A stretch of DNA of 64,000 bases from Anaeramoeba ignava BMAN (lineage: Eukaryota; Protista; Anaeramoebae), in the NCBI GenBank assembly GCA_028826165.1, contig JAPDFW010000125.1, positions 372,001-436,000 on the forward strand, written 5' to 3'. The position numbers were made by a program, and so were the translations under genes. Below are positions 24,501 through 35,742 of the stretch, piece by piece (position 1 is the first letter of the stretch; every line of letters begins with the position of its first letter). The notes beneath the pieces were generated by a model that made no database searches, was not told the origin of the DNA, and saw only the letters and a list, made by a program, of their open reading frames with translations.

Positions 24501-25814
24501 TTTTTTTGCCAAGAACAATCTTTTCAATTTTTCCATATTTTCCAAAATATTTTTCAGATGAAAGAATCTGGATTTTCGAAAATGGAAATGATTAAAAAAA
24601 ATTTAAGTTTTTTTTTTATCGAATGAAGTGAATAATTAAAATCAATTATAATCGAATTTTGAATAATCAAGAGAAAAATAATGATTTAATAATTTTACTT
24701 CAGTTTTGGCAATATTTAAAGGTATTCCAATTAAGTAAACTAAGTTTTGTTGGATCACTTTTGCGTTTGATAAGAAGTGTCTGTTATGTTTAATAAAATC
24801 CATATTTATTGGATGTCGAAATCTTGATCTTTCTTGATGTTTTTGGGGTTGCTCATTTCTATATTTTTAAATTTTTTTTTAAATTTTTTTTAATTTTTAT
24901 TTGAATTTGATTTTGAAATTGAATTTGAATTTGAATTTGAATTTGAATTTGAATTTGAATTTGAATTTGAATTTGAATTTTTAATTGAAATTTTTAATTT
25001 GAATTTGAAATTGAATTTGAATTTGAAATTGAATTTGAAATTGAAATTGAATTTGTTTTATTTTTGTTTTATTTTTGTTTTTGTTTTTGAATTTGAATTT
25101 GTAATTGAATTTGAATTTGAATTTTTAATTGAATTTGAAATTGAATTTGAATTTGAAATTGAATTTGAATTGAAATTTGAATTTGAATTTGAATTTGAAT
25201 TTGAAATTGAATTTGAATTTGAATTTGAATTTGAATTTGAATTTGAATTTGTTTTATTTTTGTTTTATTTTTGTTTTTGAATTTGAAATTGAATTTATTT
25301 TTGTTTTTTGTTTTGAAATTGAAATTTGTTTTTTTTTTTTTTTTGTTGTTTTTTGTTTTTTTGTTGAATTGTTTTTGTTTTGTTGTTTTATTTTTGTTTT
25401 GTTGTTTTGTTTTGTTGTGTTTTGTTGTTTTGTTGTGTATTTGGTCTAATCAAACTAAAAAAAATTAAAAAAAAAAAAAAAGACTTACTGTATTTGCTCT
25501 TTTGATGTTCGTGTTGATTTTTGTTTTTTGTGAGTTTGATTTAATGGTTTTTTGCATTTAGGGCATTTTTGATGCTTTTCTGCACATTTTGAGCATATCT
25601 TGTTTTTGAAAAAGAAAAAAAAAAGAAAAGAAAAGAAAAGTTGTTGATAAAATTATTAATAAATTTTTTAATTTTTTAATTTTGCTTTTTTAATTGAAAT
25701 TCTTATTTATAATTTTTTTTTATTAAGTTTTACTTTATTTCCGCACGAACATTCAATTAAATCTTGCTTCTTTTTTGATTTGCAAATAGAACAAATTTGT
25801 TCTTTTGTTGTCAT
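21580..25814 (-). CDS. CNOT4: CCR4-NOT subunit 4 / Not4 E3 ligase (C4C4 RING, RRM, CCCH, long disordered tail), multi-exon
   Basis: ATG at 25814. RING: CSIC...CSCGNK|ICSKC...CPKC. RRM/CCCH: LSNAKVIQQNLVYLIG, YFGKYGKIEKIV, SAYITF, IRASYGTTKFC..FL....CTNPDCLYLH. The last exon 21580-24043 is in frame with the 548-aa ORF. Confidence 0.88.
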
Positions 25815-26360
25815 TTAAAATATTTTTTTTTTTATAAAAAAAAATAGAAAGAAAATAAAAAAGAAAAAAAAGAAATAAAATTTGGTTTTTTGATTGCTTT
25901 GAAGTTTTGTTGTTTTTTCTTTAAAAAAAAAAAGAAAAAGAAAAAGAAAAGAAAAGGAAAAGTAAAATGAAAAAAAAATAAAAAAATGAAAAAATGAAAA
26001 AATGAAAAAATAAAAGCAAAAAAAAAAAAAAATTTTAATTTAAAAAAATAAAAAAAAAATCTTTTTCTTTTTTTTCCTTTTATTTTTCTATTAAAATTTA
26101 ATAAATAAAATGAAATGACGTTACTAGATCAACAGTTTTCTTCAATTTTTATAAAAGAAAATTATTTAATTTAAATTTAATTAAAAAAAAATTTTTTTTT
26201 CTCCTTTTATTTTTTTTTTATTTTTTTTCTCCTTTTTAATTTTTTAATTTAAATTTTTTTTTTTTTTTCATTTTTTTTTTATTTTTCTTATTTCTTATTT
26301 CTTATTTAAATTTTATTTGTTTGTTTTTTTTTTTTCAATTATCTTTTTAATTATTTTTTA

Positions 26361-29300
26361 ATGGAGTAATTTATATAAAAAAAAAAGCAAAAAACAATTT
26401 TAAAACAATTTAAAACAATTTAAAACAAATTTAAAACAATTTAAAACAAATTTAAAACAATTTAAAACAATTTAAAACAATTTAAAACTATTTAAAACTA
26501 TTTAAAACTATTTAAAACAATTTAAAACTATTTAAAACAATTTAAAACAATTTAAAACAATTTAAAACAATTTAAAAACAATTTAAAACAATTTAAAACT
26601 ATTTAAAAATTATTTAAAATTATTTAAAACAATTTAAAACTATTTAAAACAATTTAAAAACAATTTAAAACAATTTAAAACAATTTAAAACAATTTAAAA
26701 CAATTTAAAACAATTTAAAACAATTTAAAACAATTTAAAACAATTTTAAAACAATTTAAAAATTATTTAAAACAATTTAAAACTATTTCAAAATTATTTA
26801 AAACAATTTAAAACTAATTTAAAATTATTTAAAACAATTTAAAACAATTTAAAACTATTTAAAACTATTTAAAAACAATTTAAAACTATTTAAAACAATT
26901 TAAAACAATTTAAAACTATTTAAAACTATTTAAAACAATTTAAAACTATTTAAAACAATTTAAAACTATTTAAAACAATTTAAAACAATTTAAAACAATT
27001 TAAAACTATTTAAAACAATTTAAAACAATTTAAAACAATTTAAAACAATTTAAAACAATTTAAAACAATTTAAAAATTAAAAAAATTTAAAACTATTTAA
27101 AACAATTTAAAACTATTTAAAAACAATTTAAAACAATTTAAAACAATTTAAAACAATTTAAAACAATTTAAAACAATTTAAAACAATTTAAAACAATTTA
27201 AAAATTATTTAAAACAATTTAAAACAATTTAAAACAATTTAAAACAATTTAAAACAATTTAAAACAATTTAAAACAATTTAAAACAATTTAAAACAATTT
27301 AAAACTATTTAAAACAATTTAAAACAATTTAAAACAATTTAAAACAATTTAAAACAATTTAAAAACAATTTAAAACAATTTAAAAACAATTTAAAACAAT
27401 TTAAAACAATTTAAAAACTATTTAAAACAATTTAAAACAATTTAAAACAATTTAAAACAATTTAAAAACAATTTAAAACAATTTAAAACAATTTAAAACA
27501 ATTTAAAACAATTTAAAACAATTTAAAACAATTTAAAACAATTTAAAACAATTTAAAACAATTTAAAACAATTTAAAACAATTTAAAACAATTTAAAACA
27601 ATTTAAAACAATTTAAAAACAATTTAAAACAATTTAAAACAATTTAAAATTATTTAAAAATTCAAAAATCTAAAAATCTAAAAATTTAAAAATTCAAAAA
27701 TTTAAAAATTATTTAAAAATTATTTCAAAATTTCTTATTAATATCAATCTTTTTACATTTTCTTCCAAAAAAAAGTTTCAATTCAGTCTTTTATTATCAA
27801 TCACAATTAAAAAATTGTTATCCAATCAATTTTGGAGGAAATGAAAAAAGTCTATCAAACATTTCACAGAAAAGATTCAAGAACAAATTATTTGAACCAT
27901 ACTCAACATTTCCGTTTATGGATTCGGAAATAGGAATGATATATAAGAAATACGAGGAAAAAACAAGTAAAATTGAGATAATTTTAGCATCAATTCAGAT
28001 TCTTGTTTCAAAATTTGTTTACACAGAATCACCAGTGTCTTTGGCAGTATCTTTGCAAAACAACTCGTTTAATCTGCATGAAATATGTGTTACAGAAACC
28101 AATCCAATTCCAATCACAATCGAAAACCGCCATGAAATTGAAACACTTGAAAAAATGCTTGAAAAATTTAACGACAAAACAAAAGAGATCCAAAAAATTT
28201 CTCATTTATTTTCGCAGTTAGTTTTCGATTACGAATCAAATTACTCAGTTTCCAAGCTTGACTTCCCGTTCAGAATACTCGTTGTTTATGACGAGCCAGA
28301 AGTGATTGAGAAATTATCCGAAAGTTCAGTCATTTTAAGACATTTCAAAAAGGATTTCCAGTTCTCAAGAAACACAGAACAATCAGAAGACATTCAGCAA
28401 CAGAAGAAGGATCTTGTTGCCTTTTATTCCAACCAATTTCCTGCAAAACAGTATTTCGATTTGATTTTTGCTTTTGTTGACGAGGAGAAAATCAATCCGT
28501 CAAACAAAAGACCGTTTTATTTCAGCACAATTCTTTATAACAACCTCAAATTCGAAGACAGTTTTATCGGCAATCTCCATTTCTATTTGTCAAAACTTCT
28601 GGAGAACATTTCAAACCAGATGAAAAACAACACATCCATTTTGGTCTCCTCATTGGATCGAATTGAAGACTACGAAAAACAGAACATTCTTCGCAAATGG
28701 AACGGCAAAGGCGAAGAAATCATTGCAAAATCAGAAAAGGTGTCCCAAGTCGGGATTCCGTTGATATTCCGGAAAATAGTGAAGGAGCGCAAGGAGTCCA
28801 TTGCAATCCGCTCTGACACAGCAAACATTTCGTTTATTGCGCTTGAAAACGCGTCGAATTTATTTGCGGCATATCTCCAGCAGAACTTGAAAATGCAGCC
28901 AGGCACCTTTGTCGGCGTTGCAATGAAACATTCAGTAAACACGATCATCGCGCTTCTTGCCATTTTGAAAATTGGATGTGGATATCTGCCGCTGGATAAC
29001 GGACTGAGCAAAAAATTATCTGCCAAAATTGTCAAGGCATCAAACACTAAGTTTGTTTTCACCGACGAGCAGAGTCTTGACAAGTTTTTTGAAATCAGGA
29101 TCCAACTCAAACCACATTTGGTCGAGGTTGTTGATCTTTCGCGGCAGAATTTCGACGACATTCTGCAAGAATGCAAAGAGAAAAACTTGCAAAAATCAAA
29201 AATCAAGGTGACTGGAAGAAACTACATGGTGATGCTGTATTCTTTCATCCGCAGCCACAAACCGCAATTCTTCATGGTTTCCCATTCGAGCATCATTCTC

Positions 29301-32300
29301 AAGTCGCTTTCAATAAACCCGCCAATTAACATGTGCAATATCACATTACTCCATTCATCGCTCGCTTCTCATCAATCACTTATAGAGTTATGGGGCACAA
29401 TCATTAACGCGGGACGGATCATTATATCCGAATCCACAAACGTTTTCTCGCCCAACTTCGCGTCGTTGGCGCAGAGACACTCAATAAAAGTTGTTTTTCT
29501 TTCGTCTTATTTATTCCAGCAAATTGTTGATAATCACGTCAACAATCCCTATTTGAGAGAGAAGCGCAAGGATCGCAATGCAAAGAGCCTCAAAGACTCT
29601 GATGACGCTCATTCCGAAAACAATTTCCCATTTAGCATTCTGGAACTGCTTGTTTTATACGGCGAACCCATCGAGTACAATTTAATGGACAAGTTTTTCA
29701 AGCTGAATTTACTTCCCGAAAAAATTGTTTTTACTTTCGCTCTCACGGAAGTATCGTCAATCTGCACGAATCTTGTGATATGGGATCGCAAGACGTTATT
29801 CCAGACAAAGCAAAAGATCGCGCATTCCCAATCCGACGAAAGCATGCAAGCGGAAAAGGAAAATGGACCAACCGACGAGATAGTGCAGCAAACAAATCTT
29901 GTGAACAACGCAAATATACGCTACTACATCAACGAGTACAAGACCAGCACAAACTATTTCCCGTTGGGAACGCCATCAAACGACTGCAGAATATATGTTT
30001 TGAATAAAAAACTCGAGCTCGCACCGATTGGCTCGGTTGGCTCAATATTCATTTCAAGTCGCACTTTGTCTGCCCCTGTCCCGATTGTCGAGAAAAAAAA
30101 GGAATTGCAAACTCAATCCCCAAAACAAGTCCAACCACAAAGACAACTGCCAAAATCATTTGTCCCGAATCCGTTCCAAGATGTTGATTCGGGAAAATTT
30201 CTCATCAACACAGAAGTCAAAGGAAGTATTGTTTCTTCAGGAAACCTTGAATTTATGGAATACTCAGATCCAAGAGAAATCAAGCTCACATACTCAAACG
30301 GAGACTTGGTCAGTATTTCTGTGATTGAAAGTGTACTCAAGAAAAACTACAAAATCTCCCAAGTTTCTGTTGTCGCAAGAGATCTTCATTTATATAACAG
30401 AAAAAGATTGATTGCGTACGTTGTTCCAAACACAAAAAAACCGATCACAGTTGATGAGCTTCGCAGATCTGTTCAGGAACATCTCCCGAGCCAAAATGTC
30501 CCTGACATCTTTGTTGTTGTCGACGAGACAGACAGCAGTAAAACCGATTCCAATGGTGTTCTTGATCGGATGAAGATCATTCGACACTACGAAATGATGA
30601 ACTCTGAGAAGAAGCGTAAAATTCGGGATCGCTTCTCACGCACCAAGAGCGAAGAAATCACGAAGTATCCGCGAAACCCAACAGAAGAGTTTCTGTGTCA
30701 GGTGTTTGCAAGTGTTTTGGACTACGAACAGGTTGGGATTGATGACAACTTCTTCTCGCTCGGCGGCAACGAAATAGCAGCAAATCGTATTGCTCTCAAA
30801 TGCATTGACGCAGGTTTCCAAGTTTCTGTTGAGAAAATTATCAAATTCCCTGTGATTTGCGATCTCTCTGAATATATTATCGAAACAATGAATTTTTTCC
30901 AGACAAATTTGGCGTTATCAGCAAACCAGAAATGGTTTTCTCAGCAGAAATTCGGTAATGTGAACCAATCGAGTCGCGCGATTTTTGTGCGGTTCAACAG
31001 CTCTACAAACATTGAAACACTGAGAAAAGCATACTTTATGATTCTGAAACAACACGAAATTTTCTCTATAAAATTCCCTAATTTAAAACCAGCAATTTCG
31101 CCAATTTCTCAAGAAAATAAGAAAAAAATAAAGCAAATGTTCACCATCACACGCTTTGATCACAAAAGCACATCCCCTTCAGAAATTGTCAAGCAGTGCC
31201 TGCAGATCCAACAGACACTGGACATTGCAAAGGGTCCTTTAGTGAAATTTGTAATTTTTGTGGATCAAAGTCTCGAGAATAGCGACGATGCCGTGAAGGA
31301 CAAAAATGATGCGCAATTTATCTTGAGTAGCGATAACACAGACACCCTTGATGATATCCAAGACAGCGACGAAGACACCAAGCCTCAAAACCACATGTTC
31401 TCGATGTTTCTTTTCCACAACTTGATCATTGACACAAATTCCATCCGGACTTTCCTGGAAAATCTTCACCAGAATTACACAAACATCTCAACAATGAAAA
31501 AGAAAATATACCGCAATTTGCAGCCTTCCTTCTCGTCTTACTACGAGTGGATCAACGAGGAAACCAACCTCGAAATCTCGACAAACGCCTACGAGTTCTG
31601 GAAGAAGACTGCGCAGAAAAAACCGAATTATGTCAAGCCACTTCCAAAGGATTTTTCAACACCAATCGACAACCTTTATGAGTATTCAAGCAACATCAAG
31701 GTCTCGTTTGACTACGAGAAGTCGCATCTGCTCTACGTTAAAACAGCGCAAAAAAACCAATACGAATTCACGGATATCCTGATGACAGCCGTTGCTCTCG
31801 CTCTTCATGATTGGACAACAAGTATTTATAATTTTATTCATTTGATCGAGTTTCCAAAAAACGTTCCCGAAAAATTTCGCAAATTGGTCTGTCCCAAGGA
31901 GAACAGAATTCCTGTGCTGATTGGGTTCACACAACCGAACGTTACGGCAGATCTTGTCAAGTCGCTCGCGCTTGTTAAGCAGCAATTGACAGAATTCCGC
32001 GAGAATATCCACCAATACAAAAGATTGATGTACTACAACACATTAAATCTTCCAAACGTAGCGGAAACATTTGAGGATTTAATTCAATACGACACAGTCG
32101 TAAACCCAAAGGAAAAACAAACCCCTCTCAGACGCCAATCGTCTGTCAAAGACCAAATCAAACGCACAGAAAGCAAATCCAAGGATACTGAGATTCTCAA
32201 ATCTCCGCTCGGTTTTGAAGTCCCTGATCACGATATCCATCCCATAGAGCTCGAATCTGATTCTCTAAGCGATGACGGAAAAGAAGGCCGCGAAAGGTCC

Positions 32301-34988
32301 CAGTCAAACAGACACGGAAATGCAGACGACGACACAATCTCACAGGAAATTTCCTCCGATGAAGACGATTCCCGTCTCAAAATGCCCGATAATTACCAGG
32401 CAGAATTACAAACTCTTGAGGAATCCGAAATCGGATTCACTTTTCTCGGAGATCTTGAGTTTAAGTCCTTCCCTCTTGGATCGGTATCTATTGACAAAGT
32501 CACCGATCTCAAACGCATCAGAAAACTCAACAATGAAAAATCAGCAATGCCTTATTCTGTCGAGATCATAAGCTACATTCAGGATGAGTGCATCTATCTC
32601 AAGATCGTCTACAACAAGAAAATGTACAAACCAGACACCATCAAGAACTTCTCGCGCAAAGTGATGAAGATTCTTCTGAAATTATCCAAAAAACTTGGTG
32701 AAACAATCCCCACTTTACCTCCACAAGAAAATACAAACGAAAACAAAGAAAATGTGCCAAAGGGAAGATTGACTGTAGATTTTCCGTTGGCAAAGAACCT
32801 CACAAACGCAAGCATTCAAGAACTATTTGATGAAAACAACTCCATCGAGAACATTGTAACTCCTCTTCAACTTCACCAAGAAATGCTGCGATTCTTTCTG
32901 CGAAAAGATCAGATAGTCAAACGGCACTTGTGCCAACAACTCATGCTCCCGTTTTTCACGACCAAGATCGATACGCAACTTTTCCAAAAAGCATGCTCAA
33001 CATTCATCAACAACTGCACGTTTCTCAAATCATATTTTATTCGCAATCCCACAAAACAATCCAATATTCTCCAAGTTGTGCAGAACCAAGTTGAAATCCC
33101 GTTCAAATTCTCGAGCTTCGCAAAAGAAAGCGAGCCAATGAAGGAGCTAAGCATCAGCAAGCTTCTCAGCGCCGAGCAACAGAAGCAATTCAAATTCTCT
33201 CATCCTCCCTTGTTTAGTATCACACTCACAAAAGTTGCCGCACACGACTCAATCAATGAGTATTTGCTTACCTTTTCTTTCGAACCATTCATGCTCGATT
33301 CTCGCTCAATTCCTTTGCTTATTCGCGGCATTTTCTATCAATATTTATCCTATTATTATTCATTTAACGCATTCGATCCAAATCCTGAGAACGAAAATTC
33401 CCAACCGCAAATCCCCAAAGACGCGCCAAAAAATCTTGACAGTTCACTCAAAATGCATTCAAAAAGTTCGTTCTTAAACTTTCTCAAAGCAGAGCAAGCC
33501 ATTCCAATCACAACCGTGAAGAAATTTTTCCAATCAATGCTTCATGGGATTGATTTCTCATTTCCAATGATTCAATCTCGTTCATCAGAGCAAGAAAATT
33601 CAATTGAAAAACCACAAGAAAACGAACAAACCCAAAAAGATGATTTTATCATTCTCGATCAAAAACAAGACTCTCAAAAACTGGGTGTTTGCACGCAAAT
33701 ACTGGATCGAATACTCAATACTCCATCAACATTACTCGAGAAAAAGAACACCACTGATGTTGATGTCAACGGACAGATTCTTTTCGACAACGTCAAGTTC
33801 AAAGAACTGAATCATGTGATCACATCTCTCGAATACCACACAATCAACGAAACACTCCGCTCAAACAGCATCAATCTCAACGCGTTCCTTCATTTTGCTT
33901 GGGCATTTACCTTGTACTCAGTCACTCACAAATCAACACTCTATTTTGGCACAGAAGCCACAGGAAGAATCCCTGAGGCTGGACAAGGCAACGAGCTCAC
34001 AGTCGGGATGTTCAGCAAGATCCTCCCGTTCAAGATTGTTCTTCAAAAGGATATCAAATTGTTCAGTCTTCTTCAGCACATCCAGTTGAATCTTGTCAGA
34101 ATCAATGAGTACCACAAAGCAACAACAACCAAAATTCGTCGCTGGATGGAATTGGGAAGGAAATACAATCTCTTCTCAGGCGGTGTCATCATCTACGATT
34201 CAATGCATTCGCCAGAAGAGATTTGCCGTTTAAAGGATCTTGGGAATGACAGCTACGATTTGCAACTTGATTTTTCAGAAAATTTCCCAAAAGCAAAAAT
34301 TGCCTTTTCAAACATAAAAATCCGAAGAGCGTTCCAGTTCCCGCTGTCATTGATAATAGATCCCTCTTGCGACGAATTGATGGTGCGGATTGTCTACGAC
34401 GAAGACAAATTCCCCAAATCACTTGTCGCCAAACTATTCAATAATTACATCAAAATAATCACAACAATCGGATTAAAACACAAAAATTTTTTCAACGAAA
34501 TCAATTACTTCATCGAAGAACTTATTGTCAAGGACATCAACAAGGATCTTTATGCCAATGAAAAACCCAAGAAAAGAAGAGTCAAGAACAAAGCAAATCT
34601 CGCTCAATTCAATCCTGATCACGTTTTCAAAATGGGGTTTCTTACTCAACAAAGAATTGCCCCTTCAAAATCAAAATGGAAAAAAAGATGGTTCGTTCTT
34701 AAAAATGACAACAGATTGTATTACTTTAAGACACGAAACTCTCCTCATCTATGCGGTGTTATTCAACTTACAAATGCCTCCATTGAACCTCTTTCTGATT
34801 CAAAAAAGAAAAACTGTTTCCAAATTAAAGACGATCAACAAACTCACTTGATTTCTGCTGAATCTTCTGATTTAATGAGAGATTGGATTAAGGAAATCAA
34901 AAATATTTTAACTAGGCAAGACAACGATGAAGATGATGAAGATTATGATGATGATGATTATCAGGAATTCGAAGAATTTTCAGATTAA
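26361..34988 (+). CDS. Degenerate NRPS-like protein (partial C - A - T - E - C) fused to a C-terminal PH domain and acidic tail, ~2,405 aa
   Basis: A domain: ALLAILKIGCGYLPLD, RIYVLNKKLELAPIGSVG, KRLIAYVV. Carrier domain: PRNPTEE.LC.VFA.VL...QVGIDDNFFSLGG. E domain: LSANQKWF, QQTLDIAKGPLVK. Second C domain: AWAFTL...FGTEATGR...VGMF..ILP. PH domain: KMGFL...KWKKRWFVL...LYYFK...MRDWIKEI. Putative 5-nt first exon ATGGA (26361-26365) and intron 26366-27775 in frame with the 27918 ORF. Confidence 0.85.
26393..27660. repeat. 10-bp tandem repeat (AAACAATTTA) filling the first intron of the NRPS-like gene
   Basis: More than 100 copies with CAA/CTA/TTA variants, between GTAATT at 26366 and AAG at 27775. 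Confidence 0.9.
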
Positions 34989-35147
34989 AAAATTTTTTTT
35001 CTTTTTTCTTCTCTTTTCTTTTCTTTTTTTTTCAATCATTTTTATGATTTTGATGTAATGTTGATTTCATTTTTAAAATCAACAATCTTTACTATTTTTT
35101 TGATAACCAAAAAAAAAAATAATTTATTTTTTTTTCTCACGAAAATC

Positions 35148-35735
35148 ATGGGAAGGAGTATTTTCATTTCGAAAATCCCGCCCACCCTTTCGATCGCCAT
35201 CATTTACGAACTCTTATCTGAATACACACCCAGACAGGGCTACATAAGAGGCTCATACGGATTTATCAAAGTCAACAACCACGAGGAAGTGATTAAGAAA
35301 TACTCAAAAATCTGGCTACATGAAGGACCAATAACAATGGAGATCGCCACGGGCAAAAGAAAAGGGAAAAAAAATAACGGTCACAAAAAACAAAGAAAGA
35401 GGAGAAAGAGAAGTTATAAAAAAAAAGACAAGAAGAAAGGAGACACCACAGAAAGAAACAGCACAACGAAAGCAACAGCACTACACCCCGACCAGATAGA
35501 CAAGCAAGAAGGAGGAGTACACAAACATACCAATAAACAGGGAACAGAAGAAGTCAACAACACCAACAAGGAACCTATAAAAAGAAAAATACAAAACATG
35601 AAGAACCCACTACAAAAACCCCTCATCATTCAAGGGGAAAACCAAAAAACGAAGAACAGTATAAGACACATCGCTAACGAAATTGCAGAAACATGGACCA
35701 GAGAGACACCACACTTCAAAATAAAAGATAAATGA
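35148..35735 (+). CDS. LINE ORF1, RRM-like RNA-binding protein with a basic tract
   Basis: RNP2-like SIFISKIP and RNP1-like GSYGFIKV, then a K/R-rich region. ATG at 35148. Confidence 0.75.
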   Translation: MGRSIFISKIPPTLSIAIIYELLSEYTPRQGYIRGSYGFIKVNNHEEVIKKYSKIWLHEGPITMEIATGKRKGKKNNGHKKQRKRRKRSYKKKDKKKGDTTERNSTTKATALHPDQIDKQEGGVHKHTNKQGTEEVNNTNKEPIKRKIQNMKNPLQKPLIIQGENQKTKNSIRHIANEIAETWTRETPHFKIKDK

Positions 35736-35742
35736 ACAAGAT

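Noticed and set aside
26114-26140. TGACGTTA (CRE-like) site in the CNOT4 / NRPS-like divergent promoter
   Set aside because: Single short occurrence with no independent support.
27918-34988. Bacterial contamination or recent HGT suggested by higher GC
   Set aside because: Native genes (IPO5, ChAPs, LRR) show the same central GC rise. The gene has a PH domain, a probable intron and host-type flanks. Any transfer is ancient.
27918-34988. Functional secondary-metabolite gene cluster
   Set aside because: Carrier Ser and A/E/C catalytic motifs are missing; no PPTase, thioesterase or tailoring genes nearby.
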